NCBI RefSeq assembly: GCF_009834535.1
Contig: NC_045696.1
Span: 85,562,001 to 85,626,000 of the forward strand
Origin: Camelus ferus
Lineage: Eukaryota
DNA length: 64,000 nt
Direction of reading: 5' to 3'
Part shown: one piece after another, positions 25,248-38,413 of the stretch
How the letters are laid out: every line of letters begins with the position of its first letter
Position numbering within the stretch: position 1 is the stretch's first letter
The notes under the pieces: model-generated
What the model saw: only the letters and a program-made list of their open reading frames with translations
The model's database searches: none
What the model was told of the DNA's origin: nothing
Made by a program: the position numbers and the translations under genes

Positions 25248-28200
25248 CAGGATCATTTTTTAAATTGTTTCCATTATTATTTCTTTTTTCTCTATATTCT
25301 TTATTCTCCATCATGCCAATAAAGAAAATAAGGATATTTTTGGTGTATATATTCAAGGTATGGCTGAAACAATGGCAGAAGAAAACTGAAAATGTAGGAT
25401 TAATATAAAAAAAATTTACTTATAATTTTCATTAAAATCTGTAAAAGACCTAGAAATGAGAACTACATTTAGAACATGTTGATAGAAAATGATCTATCAG
25501 ACATCTGCAACAATAATTGATGCTTTTAGAACAAGTAATGTAATATGAATTTTTATTACTTCATTTTAATCTCAAGATAATTATGAGTTAAGTCTTATTT
25601 TTACCATCCCTTTTTGCAGAATCCACAGCTAAAATGTATATGACATTTTAATATTATAAATATTAAAACATTTATTATGATGTATTTACATGTTTAAAAG
25701 ATTTTAAATGCATAGCACATGTATATCATATATATGGCAATATCACGCATTGCTATTACTGTAACTCTCTGTGTTCATGTAGTCCCTGTTCTTCTATATT
25801 TTAAGATCCTTGAGGGAAATGACTGGGTATCTCGGAAGGTACCTAAATAAGAGCAAAGTGCATAATCAGCTAAAAATGTAATAACTAAAATACACATAAA
25901 TACTAAAACAATGAATAAATAAATGCACTAAATAGCTACCATTTGTTGTAACTGGAGTAAATGGTAAATAAAAAAATAGTGTTGAGGTAGCTGGTAAGCT
26001 TTCCTCCTTATAGAACTATTGGTCTCCCTAAGAATTTTCAAACCCAGGACAACAAATAATTTTCTTCTTTACCTGTAACTCATCCCCAGTAGACTTAGAA
26101 ATACTTATTTACAGATTTTCCATTCAAAAAACATGATTCATAATGTTTGTGTTTCTCTTATTACTTGTGTTTTACCTCACTAGGAATTTGAAATCAATCT
26201 GATCATCTTTCATCTAGAGTGACTGTCATCTAAATACCTGAGATATTAATGATCTAATGCAAAACAGAAAATACAGAATTAATGAAATTATGAGGAAATA
26301 TTTTCAATAAACCACTATACTTATTTATTTTTACAATACAATAGTGTATTATAAACTTGACCTTCTTATCTACAGAAATATACTGATAGATAATCTGTCA
26401 TACCTAGGACAGACTATTTTTAAATTTTCTTATTGAAATGATAAACTAGCAGGTAATATTCTCCATCTGGTTTTATGAAGGCACGGGCATGAAAGTTTAG
26501 TTGATGCAGAACCTAAGAATTTCAAAGCATGTCTGTCTAATGACAGATAGAACATGTAGTATTGAGGTTACTCAATAAATCTTAACAGTTATAAGTTAGG
26601 GTGAGCAGTGAAGCAAGACATGCCATTTATTCCTTCTCTCAAAATGAAGAATGTCATCTCTTGTTTCTATTGTTAGATCTTTTAAAAACTTTTTTTGATT
26701 TAACTTGTATTAGTACAACAGGATGTAAATAGACCCAATGACTTCCAAAGACTTTAATTCAAATTATTTCTTTAGCTGGGGTTCAAAATTAATTTTGCAG
26801 TCTCTAACTCAGGCTCATCTGACACATTTCAAAACTCTGTTCTGTTAATGGAGTTGTCAACATCTCTAGAGAAATTGAGAACTCATGAAGCAGTGAGTTT
26901 TCCTTTACTAGAGTTAATCAAATAAAGGTTCTCCTACATTCATCTAGCTCCTACCAGCTCTTAGTCTATGATTAGCAGCAGCATGACATAGCAGAATTGT
27001 ATCCCTAGGGCAAACACTAGAGAAACTGCCGCCTTACTACATTACTATGTTGTTCCTATTTTAAGATAGGGCTATCATCACTTCCATTTCATTAGCACTG
27101 GGTATAATTCTTGTTTTGCTTATGCTGCTGAATAAAAATAGCAATGCAAAAATTATCTGTATCATTTCAGTTATTAAAATATTATGTTAAAATAAAGACT
27201 ACAGGATAAATATTCTTCCTCTTTTATAAAGCACAATTTTAACACAAAAATACAAAATCTTTGTGCTTCAATCCCCTTAAAATATCTCTCTCAAAAAAAA
27301 AAGAAGCACTTAGATTAAATTCACATTTCACTGAAATTACATTCAGACATTTGTCAAAGACACAGCACCACAGGCCATTCTATGATGCCCCAGTGTCAGA
27401 TTTTGAGAGTTACTCAATCACACATTTAACACTACAGAAATAAGAGGTTGGTAAATGGAACATTTATGAGTCAACAATATAACCTTCCAACTATGTTCAA
27501 AAATTGCATCTTGTGTGAAAGGAAATGTGGTTTATTAGGACATACACATGTGAAAGCAAGTCCTTCAAATTATATTAATTTTTAAAGAGAGAAAAAAACG
27601 TACAGAAGTTATTTATTTAGGTACGGAAGCCTGTAAGCCAGCAGATCTACCCTTGCCTTTGTCAACTCTATTCATAACTTAGAGTTCTGATTTAAACTGA
27701 AAGTAAGCATCAGAGATACATAAGTAGGTAGATTTTACCTATTTTCTGTAACAATATATTATGGTATTTTGGCTGCCACACAGATTATACCATGTAACAT
27801 GTCAATTGACAAAATACCTCAGAAGTAACAGTGGATAGACCTAAACAGAATTGTTTATACATGGTGACATTTGCTTTTAGCAGAGCTACCACAAGTTTGC
27901 ACTTTCTATTTATACAATACAAATATATTGGCTCTTGCTGTAACTTTGTTTTTTGTCTGTAGTACTGTAATAATTCATGTTATATTGTTTCCCTTCATGT
28001 GATATTATATATTATATACAAATAGCAGTGTTTATATTTGATATAGACTTGTATCAAGGTCTTCATTATGGATTTATTTTCCTGATTCTACGGAAACTGT
28101 GTCAAATAAATATCCAAAATTATCACTAATTTTGAATATTTTAAATCTTCTGGGATCCTAAAATGTTTCCATCTTTGAAAAAGTGTCCTATTAAGTATTA

Positions 28201-29519
28201 TTATAATATAATTGAATTGAATTTTAGATTCTGACATATCCAAATAAATGTATGCACAATTTAATCAATACCCTCTCAGAGTTCACGTTCTAGAATTTCA
28301 TTTAGTGAACAGAATCACCACATATAAAGAAATTTATTTTAAGATTTTCCAGACCTCATTTTAGAAATTAAGTAATACTCATATGATCTTTTGAGTATTT
28401 TTTTGCTAGCCAAAATCAAAATGCTATAGAATAACAAATCATGTGTGATTGTGCATATTTATCTTAGGAAATAAATGTGTGAAAGCACAATTTAATCAAT
28501 ACCTTGGGTATTAGAGCTTACTATTAGAATTCAAATTGGGGAAACTATAGTCTTTCCAGAATCATTCCTAGGGCATAATCTGCCAATAATCCTGTATATG
28601 TGAATTGGAACCCGGGAATTTTCCAACTTTCTTAGTTGTTTTGCTTTAGACTAAGTCAAGAAATGTCTTAAGCAGCCAGTATAACTCAAGCAGGAAAAAA
28701 TAGTTATTTAGCATGTGTGTTTCTGGGTAGACCAAGACAAGTTTCAAATAATGATGATGATTATACTTTAATTTAAATGTGATGCTAGAGTGTCATGCAC
28801 AATTATGCTTCTATAATTCCATTCCAAGAGAACCAGGGAAATAGTAGGCAATAAATAAATGCTAAAAGGAAAAAACGAATAGCTAGATGGGGGAATCAAT
28901 TCATCAATCCACTCTAGCAAATATGAGATAAGTTTATGTAGGAAATGACTTTCTTCTGACTGTTCCAAAAATATTGTTAGTACTCAGGTTTCTGATTTCA
29001 GCCCTTTTTATTAATTCATCTATATTATCTCCTTGAGCAACCAATTAACCCACATTCACTCTGAATCCATGCACTTAGATTTTTCTCAGACACCAATTCT
29101 TGAGGAATCTATTAGTAGCAGTTACTTCTGTGGAAATTAAAAGTCTTGATGAGTTAGTACTTCTTTACTGGGATATTGACTAAACTCTTAAAAGTGTCAT
29201 TTTATCTAATATGTTTCACCTAATATGGTAGGAAACTCTGAAACCAGTAGGTAATTGTTTCAAGCCTTCTGTACTATTGTATCTAGCATTGTACTCTCCC
29301 TATGCTTGCTGTAAAATTGTTGTTTCAACAATTTTTAATTTAATTTGGTCTGAATACTCCAGATCATTGTTTCCAGGAGAATTCTTCCAATAAGGCTAAA
29401 AAATTATCTTTTTTATTTGCTGAGAGGCTGGTCTCTCAAGATAATTTGTTCATGCAACAAAAGTTTGATGGGGATTTAAAAGTAAGCCAAGTTTATAAAG
29501 TAGTTGCCAGTGAAAACTT

Positions 29520-30110
29520 ATAAATGTTTTCTCAAACCAGTGGTGAAGACTGGCATATAAACAAATGTTACAATATAAATGATGCTTACTGTGACAGAGG
29601 TATAAATTCAATGCTTCAGAGTATCCACTTCTGCATGAGTCAGAAGAAGACTCACAGTAGGCATGGCACTTAAGATGGCGCTCAAAGGCAGTCTGCCAGG
29701 TGAGGAGAGGGGAAGGTGCTCTGAAAAGAAAAATAGCATGGCGAAAGGCATAGTTTAAGAAAAAGACTATTCTAAATGGGTAAGAAATGTATAAATGGAA
29801 TAATGTTTACAGGGGAGAAGACAAAGGGTATGACAAAGGGCAATGAACTGGAGAAAGGTAAATGTCACCAGACTAGGAAGAGGCCTATTTGACAGATCTC
29901 AATGATTTACTTCCTTAAGCTACTGGATAGTGTAAGTTACCTTTTTAAAAGGAACTAATGTGGAAGAAGATTGGCAGGAAGAGCAAAAAGATATAAGAAG
30001 TTACTAGGTAGGCCAAAGGGTAAGCAGTTACCAAAAGCCCCAGTACGGGATTATAAGAGCCTCGTAGTGACACTGAAAGTGGAGACAAGCAGAGCCCGAG
30101 AGACTCCTGA
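29520..30110 (-). mobile_element. L2 LINE fragment
   Basis: 'gagtcagaagaagactcacagtagg...gccaggtgaggagaggggaaggtgctctgaaaagaaaaatagcatggcgaaaggcatag' is antisense L2. Confidence 0.7.
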
Positions 30111-30894
30111 GTTACAGCTCAGTCAAGGATAGGGTGAGGACAACTGTCAGTTATTCTGTATGTTTCTATGGCTGAAATCTTTCAAGAGCCACCTGATGTC
30201 CCCTGTATAAATTATAAAACCCTCTTATTTGGACAATATGGTATCTCCATTTTGCTTTGATATCTTATACCCATTATTCTCAGTTTTGCATTTTCTGCTG
30301 GGTACATTATTCAACTAACAGCAGTCATAGTTAACAGAAGCAATCTCTCATCTTTGGAGAGACCCCAGTTAATCATGAGATTGTTTCTCACAACTATATT
30401 ATCCTTGGCAACTGTAGGAGATGCTCTGTTTTTCTTTTTCCTCTCAAATGAGAATTAGACAAGGTCCCTTAATCATATAGTCTCCTGTCAACATTTCAAT
30501 GAGGGCAAAACATTTAGGGCCTCTCAGTATAGCAATGCTGGGGGGTGTAACAAGAATCCAGATAGACATGCAAAGTTTCCCAAACAAAATATCTCAGTGC
30601 CAAATGGTTTTTAGGCAACTACTTTTCAGCAGTACAGCATGGCAGTTATAATGCCAGCAACACTAGATATTTAGTGAAATAATTACCCTAGAAAACAAAT
30701 ATTCCAATTTTGTTAAGGATACATGTCATTGAAAACAGACTGCAAAGTTGATGGTGAATGTGAGCTTATGGCAAGTTTACTGCTCAGATCAGATACATGC
30801 ATGAGACAAGAAATAGATCTTCCAAGAGAATCACTTTCCTTTTTCTAGTAGAATCAAAATGAACTCACGCAGAAGCTAAATTCATTCCCTCGAC

Positions 30895-31062
30895 ACATTT
30901 TAACTACATGCTTCTTCACAGTCACCAGGCTAAACATTTGAACAAGGTAGACAGACATAGCCCTCAGCTCACCTAGAGATTACATCCCAGTAGGATAGCA
31001 GACACAAAATAAGCAAAGCAACAAATAAAACTATTACAATTTGTGAAAAGGCTGAATGGAAA
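30895..31062 (-). mobile_element. L2 3' fragment
   Basis: 'gaacaaggtagacagacatagccctcagctcacctagagattacatcccagtaggatagcagacac' is the antisense L2 3' region. Confidence 0.55.
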
Positions 31063-32353
31063 GAGGAAGATCCATTTGATCCCATTCCAGCATGGAGGGT
31101 ACAGGGGTGAAGGAGGCAGACAACAAAGGCTCAGGTGGCTCTCTTCTCTGCCTGACTGTCAACTCATCCTTTCCATGACACTGAGCTCATCCACAGGAAA
31201 GCTAATTTTATTTATTTATTCAACAAATATTTGTTAAATTCTTTTAATTACTAAGTTCTTAAAATTAGGAAACCTTACACCAAACACTCTCACATACTAA
31301 ATAGGTCCTCCGGCTGTGCTAATTCAATTCCTCTTCTTTGATGCAGTCCTTAATTAAGTGCAACAACTATACAATTTGTTTTAAAAGAGTCCTTTTCCTT
31401 GTGATGGCTGAAAAAGAAAAACAAATAAAAAAAAATAAGTGCACACTCCCCAATAGAAGTGTAATTTGAGAGCAGATTGAACAAGATAGATTACAGAATA
31501 ACACAGTTTCCACCTTATGCTGGAAGAGGTAGAAGATTCGTTGTTATGAGAGAATAGCAAGTGGCCATAGTTTAACATATCAGAATTAGAAAATCTCTTA
31601 TTTAAATATACTTCAGTTTTATCAACATTAAAAATAAAAACAAATTTCAAGGAAATAACTAAGGCAAATAAGAGTATTTTTCAAATGTACTGAAATGATT
31701 TTTGAGACACAGAATAACTTTTTGTGGTATTATGCAAAGTAGATGCTTGAGATTAATGTCAGGAATCAAAGAGGAATAATAGTCTACAGAAATAGAATAT
31801 TACAGAGGAGCCAATTTATATTGCTACTTTTTGAAATATAGAAATTTGCTAATCTGCTGAAACAACAGGAAGCCGACATCTTCTTCTCTATACATATTAT
31901 TTATTCAAATTTGTCCTACTATCTATTCTAACAATTACATGTTTTTATGAAATAAATCAATGTTCTATTTTTCTTCTACTAAGATTAAAAGCAATGGGGT
32001 GTGAAAATTTTGGTTAAACACTTTATTTTCCAATTTACATAGGTTCTCACCTACTCTGAAGTCCTTTGAATTATGTGGTAGATCACTTTGTACAAACTAC
32101 TACCAAAGTGAAAATTAGAAAGCCAATGCTTTAATTGAATGTAACAAGATATGTGTTTCATAAATATTTCAAAAGGGAAATACATGAAAAATAAAATAAT
32201 ATTTCTAAGAAAGGTGTAAAACATATTCTTAGCATACACTGAAAAACCAAGGAGGAAAAGAGTGGACTGAGGGATCTCTGAACCTATTTAGTCACAAAAG
32301 TATTTTTTTAATGAATTAATAGCAATGAAGAGACAAAGTGAAAAAATTAAGAC

Positions 32354-32410
32354 AGAAGAAGAAAGAGGAAGAAGAGGAGAGGAGGAGGAAGAAGAAGAAA
32401 GGAAAGAAAG
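32354..32410. repeat. (GAA/GGA)n purine-rich low-complexity tract
   Basis: Read directly from the sequence. Confidence 0.85.
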
Positions 32411-32459
32411 CATTAAAACAAAATGGCTATCAATATTCCATACTTGAATGTCATTAAAC

Positions 32460-32934
32460 TGTTAACGAAAAAAAATTCAATGATACTTACTGAAGATATT
32501 AAGGCAGATTTTATTCAGGACTATCGTAATAGGCTAAAGGGACCAATACAATGAGATTTTTACAGTGTGGGGAGAGAGACTGGGTTCAATTCTGAAAACA
32601 GCACAGCCATAGAACAAGGTGAGAGCCAGTGGATGGAAAATTACTAAGAGAAAACATCAAAGGTAAGGGGGATTCTGGCTAAACTGACTTAACAGAATTC
32701 TTGCTGAAGACAAACCAGTAATCAAATGCTCAGACAACACATGGTAGGGGGTGTGGAGAATGAGTAACCTGATTAGATACTGAGGGTGAGGAGATACTGA
32801 GGGAAGGGTGGTGGTTAATCTGACCTAGCAGGGTTCTTGCTAAAATTTTAGATTTTACAAGGAAGTGCATAAATGGGCCTACAAGAACATGCAGGAGCCT
32901 GACTAAAGTTTGGTCAAGCAAAGAATTTTTGTCA
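32460..32934 (-). mobile_element. Solo ERV1 LTR, MER31-like
   Basis: TG...CA termini; reverse complement starts tgacaaaaattctttgcttgaccaaactttagtcaggctcctg...cacttccttgtaaaatc...ttagcaagaaccctgcta, matching the recalled MER31 5' end. Confidence 0.85.
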
Positions 32935-33274
32935 TATGTATATATACACAATATTTTTGACATAGGTAAGATACTGCATGCTTTAATCAGGAATAAAAGG
33001 AGATTGTAAAGCAACTCTAGCTATTAAGAAACAGATGATAAATAATTTTAGGATGAGTAGTTTGTTATGACCCCAGAGTCTTAAAATCCTTAAGTGTAAA
33101 AAGTGAGGGGCCAAAGGAAGTCAGAGTGAACAGAAGCATTGGCTACCTGAAATTCACTGAAGGAAAAAGAAGTTGTGTTGAGATGGCCCCAAACCAACAT
33201 TCCTTTTCCATTTGATGGTGCCTCCTGGGATGGATTCTGATCATAACTGCCATACTATAAAGGAGGTGGCACTA

Positions 33275-33520
33275 ACAGTCAGTTTCAGGAGATGGTGTTC
33301 TGGTTCTTGCTATCAGAAAATTACAAACTCTAATATTTCAAAATTTTGTAACTCTGGCCAAATTATTTATTTGGCTAATAATTGTGGTCATTAGTTTCAT
33401 AATATGTAAACAGGGCTAACATATAGTTCACAGAATTTTATGAAGATGAGACTATGATAATGTAGGTGAAGGCCTTAGTACAGTATCAGAAATCAGTTAA
33501 CATTCAATAAATATTAGCTA
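33275..33520 (+). mobile_element. MIR SINE
   Basis: 'cacagaattttatgaagatgagactatgataatgtaggtgaaggccttagtacagt...cattcaataaatattagcta'. Confidence 0.65.
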
Positions 33521-34628
33521 ATTGTCTAAAAAGTGATTAGAATTGTGCTAGCGCCACATAGTAAATCCTCAAAAATAGTAGTTTACTCTTATAGTACATT
33601 AATAATTTATATTAAGAGAGAAAGAGTACACATCATGACAAGGGTGTGATGCTTTAAAGGAAAAGGCTAGATAAGAAGTTCAAGGGAGAAAACGGTGACA
33701 ACAGGAGCGAAGCTGTCCATTAATCACAGGCTCAAACTGGGTCAGGGCATGCCAAAGCATGATGAGTGTCAGGTCAGCAGTGTCCAAGTCAAATGCTAAA
33801 TCCCTATTCTTAGGCAATCCCCTGCCCAAAATATTATGGGGCAGTTGAAGGTATGTGGTAGGCAGTTATTTTATAAGACTATGTTCTAGAATTTAGTTGA
33901 TTTTAGAGTTTCAGGAATGGGGTTAAGGGACAACAGAGCCACAGCACAATCATGTACATAAAGATGTGATCTCAAAAAACTGTGTAGCTTTTAGTGTGTG
34001 TTTCAGGGCATACTGGTCATGCCCTTGCAGAAAATAAACAAAAGCTAATGTATCATTTCTTTAAAAATGCCTCGATCTCTGGACACCTCAACTTCTATGA
34101 TAACTGTAAGGCTATTGCTACCTGGAGAAGATTTACCAAAACTCACATATTAGCATCAAGTTGTACTAAAATCTTAAATTTCCCCAAAAGTAGCCTTTAG
34201 AAACAGTCAGATGAATGTCAAATGCTCTCTTGACAGTCAGTATCTGGAATGCCTTGTGAAAAGTAACTCTGTTCCCTAGTGCGATCTCTTTAAGAAGCTC
34301 TTGGGTAAATTAGGATATCTGGGCTTGGGTAAAACAGACTTATAACCCAGTATTTACTGGCCAAACATGAAGCTGTATTTCATTTTCTGCTATAGGGTAT
34401 CTAAGCCCACCAGAGAAATGTCCTTTGAACAAGTAAGTGAGAAGCCTTAGCTTCACTGTAAGTTGTCTACTCAATTGATATTAGGTAGTTATTCAATTTA
34501 CAGCAGTTCCTCAACTACTTGCAGTTGCATGGTTGAGTAGTAGTAATCCCTCAACTTGTACTAGTTACTCAACTTACAGCAGGTAATAAAGATTCTCTAA
34601 CCTCCAGGAAAAAAATTTAAATGGAGTA

Positions 34629-34962
34629 CCATAGTCCCCCTTCACCTGCCATTCCACTTTCTGCATTCTCAGTACCTGTGGTCAACCACAGTCTGAAAAT
34701 ATTAAACAGAAAGTTCCAGAAATAAACCGCTCATAAGTTTTAAACTGCCACGATGTCCAGAGTAGTGTGATGAAATCTTGCACTGTCTGGTTTTGCTCTA
34801 CCCAGAGGTAAATCACCCTTTAGTTCAGTGTATCCATCCTGTATATACTACTTGCTAATTGATATAGGGAAAACATAGTGTAGGCTTTGGTAGTATCTGT
34901 GGTTTCAGGCATCCCCTGGGGTTCCTGAAACATTTCCTCCACTGATCAGGAGGGGACTACTA
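34629..34962 (+). mobile_element. MER44 (TcMar-Tigger7-derived MITE) with TA TSD
   Basis: TIRs ccatagtccccctt / aggaggggactacta; TA on both sides (34627-34628, 34963-34964); internal 'ggtcaaccacagtctgaaaatattaaa...ttccagaaataaac' and 'ggtttcaggcatcccctggggg'. Confidence 0.88.
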
Positions 34963-35289
34963 TAATCTACCTCGTTGTCTGAGGTAATAATGGTGGGAAG
35001 TAGCAGGGCTGTAGGCTAAATGCCAAGGTTTAGCATAAAAAGAAGATAAAGACAGCAGAGAGTTACATCAATGGAATAGAAATAAAGACAAAAAAAAAAA
35101 CAAAACCCAACTTGGAGTGCAAATGGAAAGATAAAAATTATAAATCTGTATTGTGAATTTACTGTAAATTTAAACTTAAAAATTAAAGTTATCTATGCTG
35201 TGCACGTCCCATGACAGACAAAGAAGAAATGAGCAATGTTGGTAGAATGATTTGTCAGAGGGCTTTTTATCTTAAGATTGCCAAACACT

Positions 35290-36800
35290 TACCATGTATA
35301 TATTTTGCAAACATATTCTGATTCTGTGCTTAATTTCTTAATGTGTGTGGTGGTTATGATATCCTTTGACAATCATAACTTTTGAATTTGATTAGTTCAA
35401 ATTTAATCCTTGTCCTTTAGAGTTCTAACTTTGCTATCTCTTTTAGGGAGGCTATCTCCATGAGAAGATGATTAAAAATATTCTTCTATGCTTTATAGTT
35501 GTTTTAAATACTTATGTCTTTAACCCATCTGGCACTTCATTTGGGATATGAATGAGATAGGCATCCACAAAGCTTTCTCGCCCAAATACTTTTTCCCTAA
35601 TTTTCCTTTCCCTATAATTTTATTGAATATTCTCCTTCCCTCATCAATTCAAAGTCATCATATAATATATTCACAAATAGATATAGATAAGATTTTGGAT
35701 TATTTCACTCATTTACTTGTGTAACTCTATGCTTGTGACATCTGAGCAGCTACAGCTACTTTTAAGAATTTCTGATATTTGGTTTAAAGTCCTACTCCTT
35801 ATCTCCACTCCAATAAATTTAATATAATAATAATGAAGTTTGACACATAAATCCTCTAAACAAACCTTAAACCTAAAACTAGTGTGTAAACCCATACCAA
35901 TATTTTTGGAATTTGATTGCAATTGTTTTGACTCATAAATTGAGGAAACCAAATTCCTTAAATGAATTGAAGAAGAAAGGATAGCCCTAACTATCACAGG
36001 CTAGGTTCACTGGAAAAGAGACTTAGAGACCAAGACAGCATGCACAATATTCTCAAACAAGAATAAAGTAATAGTAATGGTTAGAAGGAGTTGAGACACT
36101 GCACATCCAATAACAGCATCAGCTAACCTCATCGGGAGCTCTGGAGTTAGAATGGCCAGTCAGGGGTTTCCCAAGTTAGGTTGAAATAGCCCAAGTCTCT
36201 TATCAATCAGTCATTGGATATGAGAGACCAGGGAAGGGCCATGGCTCTGAGCAACATCTCTCTCTTCAGCTGAGACAATTTCTAAAGGGGATGACAGCTG
36301 AAGACTGTCTTCAGATAGCACTCCTAACAATTATGAGATCAACTCTCTCATCGAAGAAGAATCTGGATGGCCCATCACACTGTCCACCACAACTTCACAA
36401 TATTGATTCATTTTATCCTGATGTTCATCTCCATTTATTCTGGTCTTGAATTATGACTAGCAGTAAAGAAATTATATTTTTCTTCATATAGTTCTTGAAT
36501 ATTTTGGGTTATATTGCTATTGGAAAGACTCTTTTTTTAACCATAATGTTTTCTTTTATTAGAATAAGAAAGTTTTGTTCACTCTTCTCTTTTTAGGTGT
36601 TTATTGTTATTATTGAGTATTTGGTTCACATATTTTTAGTCTTTTTTTCTATGAGTATGTTGAAAGATAGTTTTCTCCTGAACCCTCCCTGTTCAGGCCT
36701 TACACTATAGATGTTAATTAGCTGCATTTCCAAAATATTTTCATTCTAAATATTCTACAGTCACATATGTGACTTTAGCTTCTGAACAGAAAAAATTTCT
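35290..36800 (-). mobile_element. Old L1 (L1M-type) ORF2 fragments, apparently interrupted by the LTR16 element
   Basis: 'tctttaacccatctggcacttcatttgggatatgaatgagataggcatcc' and 'cacaatattgattc...catctccatttattc' resemble antisense L1 ORF2. Very diverged. Confidence 0.5.
35992..36391 (-). mobile_element. Solo ERVL LTR, LTR16A-like
   Basis: 'gggagctctggagttagaatggcc...cagtcattggatatgag...cttcagctgagacaattt...atctggatggcccatcacactgtccaccaca' is colinear with recalled antisense LTR16A. Confidence 0.78.
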
Positions 36801-38194
36801 ACTTCATCTCCTCCATTAACACTTTTTAAATCTCACCTGGTTTCTCTATTCATTTAGGAGTATTCCTTGCTGTTGGATTACTGAGTCTTTCATTGAAAAA
36901 AGAATGGGGAAAAAAAGCATAAATGTGGAAGGAAAACAAAACATGAAAGGAAACAAAATAAGGTTCTATTGATGGAGTAAAGGCAGAAATGACTGTGTTT
37001 TTATAAAACACCCTTCCTGAGCAAAAAAGAGTTGCAGTAATATTTAGGGCAATATTCCAAGGTCAATATAGTTTCTTATGGTTATTACTAACATGGATTA
37101 ACTATTTAGTATTATATATACCATAGGATAAATATATTTCCTATAATTATTATCATAGATTAAATATCTACCATAGATTAAACAGTCTAATATCTGACTG
37201 TTTTAGATATTAGAACAATTTTATGGTTCTTAAAGTTCAGGGTGGGGGATTTAGATTTGGTATTTTAAAAAAATATTAAGTCCTTTATACCCACACCTCT
37301 GTGTTGTTTGCTTGAAGCTGGCATTAAAAATCACAAGGACCCATATATTCTGAAACCAGTGCCATGGTTCTCCATTTTAAAAAATGTCAGAGGACTCCAT
37401 GAATTTGCTATAACCTCTGTATTGATGGTTTCATGTAAACAGCTTCAGTTTCTCCCACGTCAAGACTGAATGGGAAAGTTTCTCCCTTGCCAAAATTGAG
37501 TGAATGAAATATGTGCTATGGGATAATTTTGTAGATTTTAATGTAGAGGATACAAATCTGATCCAAAGTAGAAAGGAAAGTTTCTGATCTAAAGCCAAAA
37601 GATGAATGAGTAGCGATGTTTTCTAAATCTCTACTAGGTGAGAGAAAATATAAAGACGCATAAATAGATATTTAGATCCTTAGGAAAATAAACCTGGTCT
37701 GATTTTAAAAAAGCCAAAGCAGGAATAAAAGACCATGACCACTAAAGCAGAAAATATCCATACATTTATGACATGACTCCAATAGGAAAGCACAATACCG
37801 AACGGCTGGTGATCAACCTTAACATACATGCCTAAATTGAAACCCTAGACTACAATCCTTTCCATTTGTATATAGAAGAAATGTGCTGTGTAAGAATATA
37901 ATATGAAATTAATTACTGTAATAGTTAATAGGGTGACACTAAAAAAGGCTTCATCAGCAATAGAAAGTATATGAAACCCGTAAGCCTCTATTTTGTCTAC
38001 AACAGGTTGAATAATTGTGTCTTAGTTGGTAAGTTATGTAACACAGGTTTTATGCTTTAAAATGTAACTTAAAATCAGCACAAATAATTAAAAACAATAA
38101 AAAGGCACTACTTTGATAAAAGCATTAGACTTTGTACTAGGAGCTGAAGAGATAAGACGTAAATAAGACCAGATCCTTGAATTCCGATTTAACA

Positions 38195-38413
38195 CAGCAT
38201 TACACCTTTTGTGACTACTATGTTCTGTTTCATACTTAACTATTTTTTTTACATCTTTTACCAGACTGTAAACTCATCTGGTCAGAGACCACATTGTCAT
38301 TGTTGGAGCTATTACTGTTTTTACCATTCTACCTTACACAGACTCTTGTATATAGTAGATACTTTATAAATATTTATAAATGAATAAATATATGTGAAAA
38401 TGAATGAGTGAAT
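38195..38413 (+). mobile_element. L2 3' end
   Basis: 'ccagactgtaaactcatctggtcagagaccac...tagtagatactttataaatatttataaatgaataaat...gaatgagtgaa'. Confidence 0.7.

Noticed and set aside
29313..29335. 10-bp-stem hairpin aaaattgttg-ttt-caacaatttt (inverted SOX-like sites)
   Set aside because: AT-rich and isolated; plausible by chance in 64 kb.
29672..29680. Perfect YY1 core aagatggcg
   Set aside because: A single 9-mer inside an L2 fragment; not enough without binding data.
34456..34582. Short repeats with variable spacers, superficially CRISPR-like
   Set aside because: Repeats are degenerate, in mixed orientation and irregularly spaced, in mammalian DNA with no cas genes.
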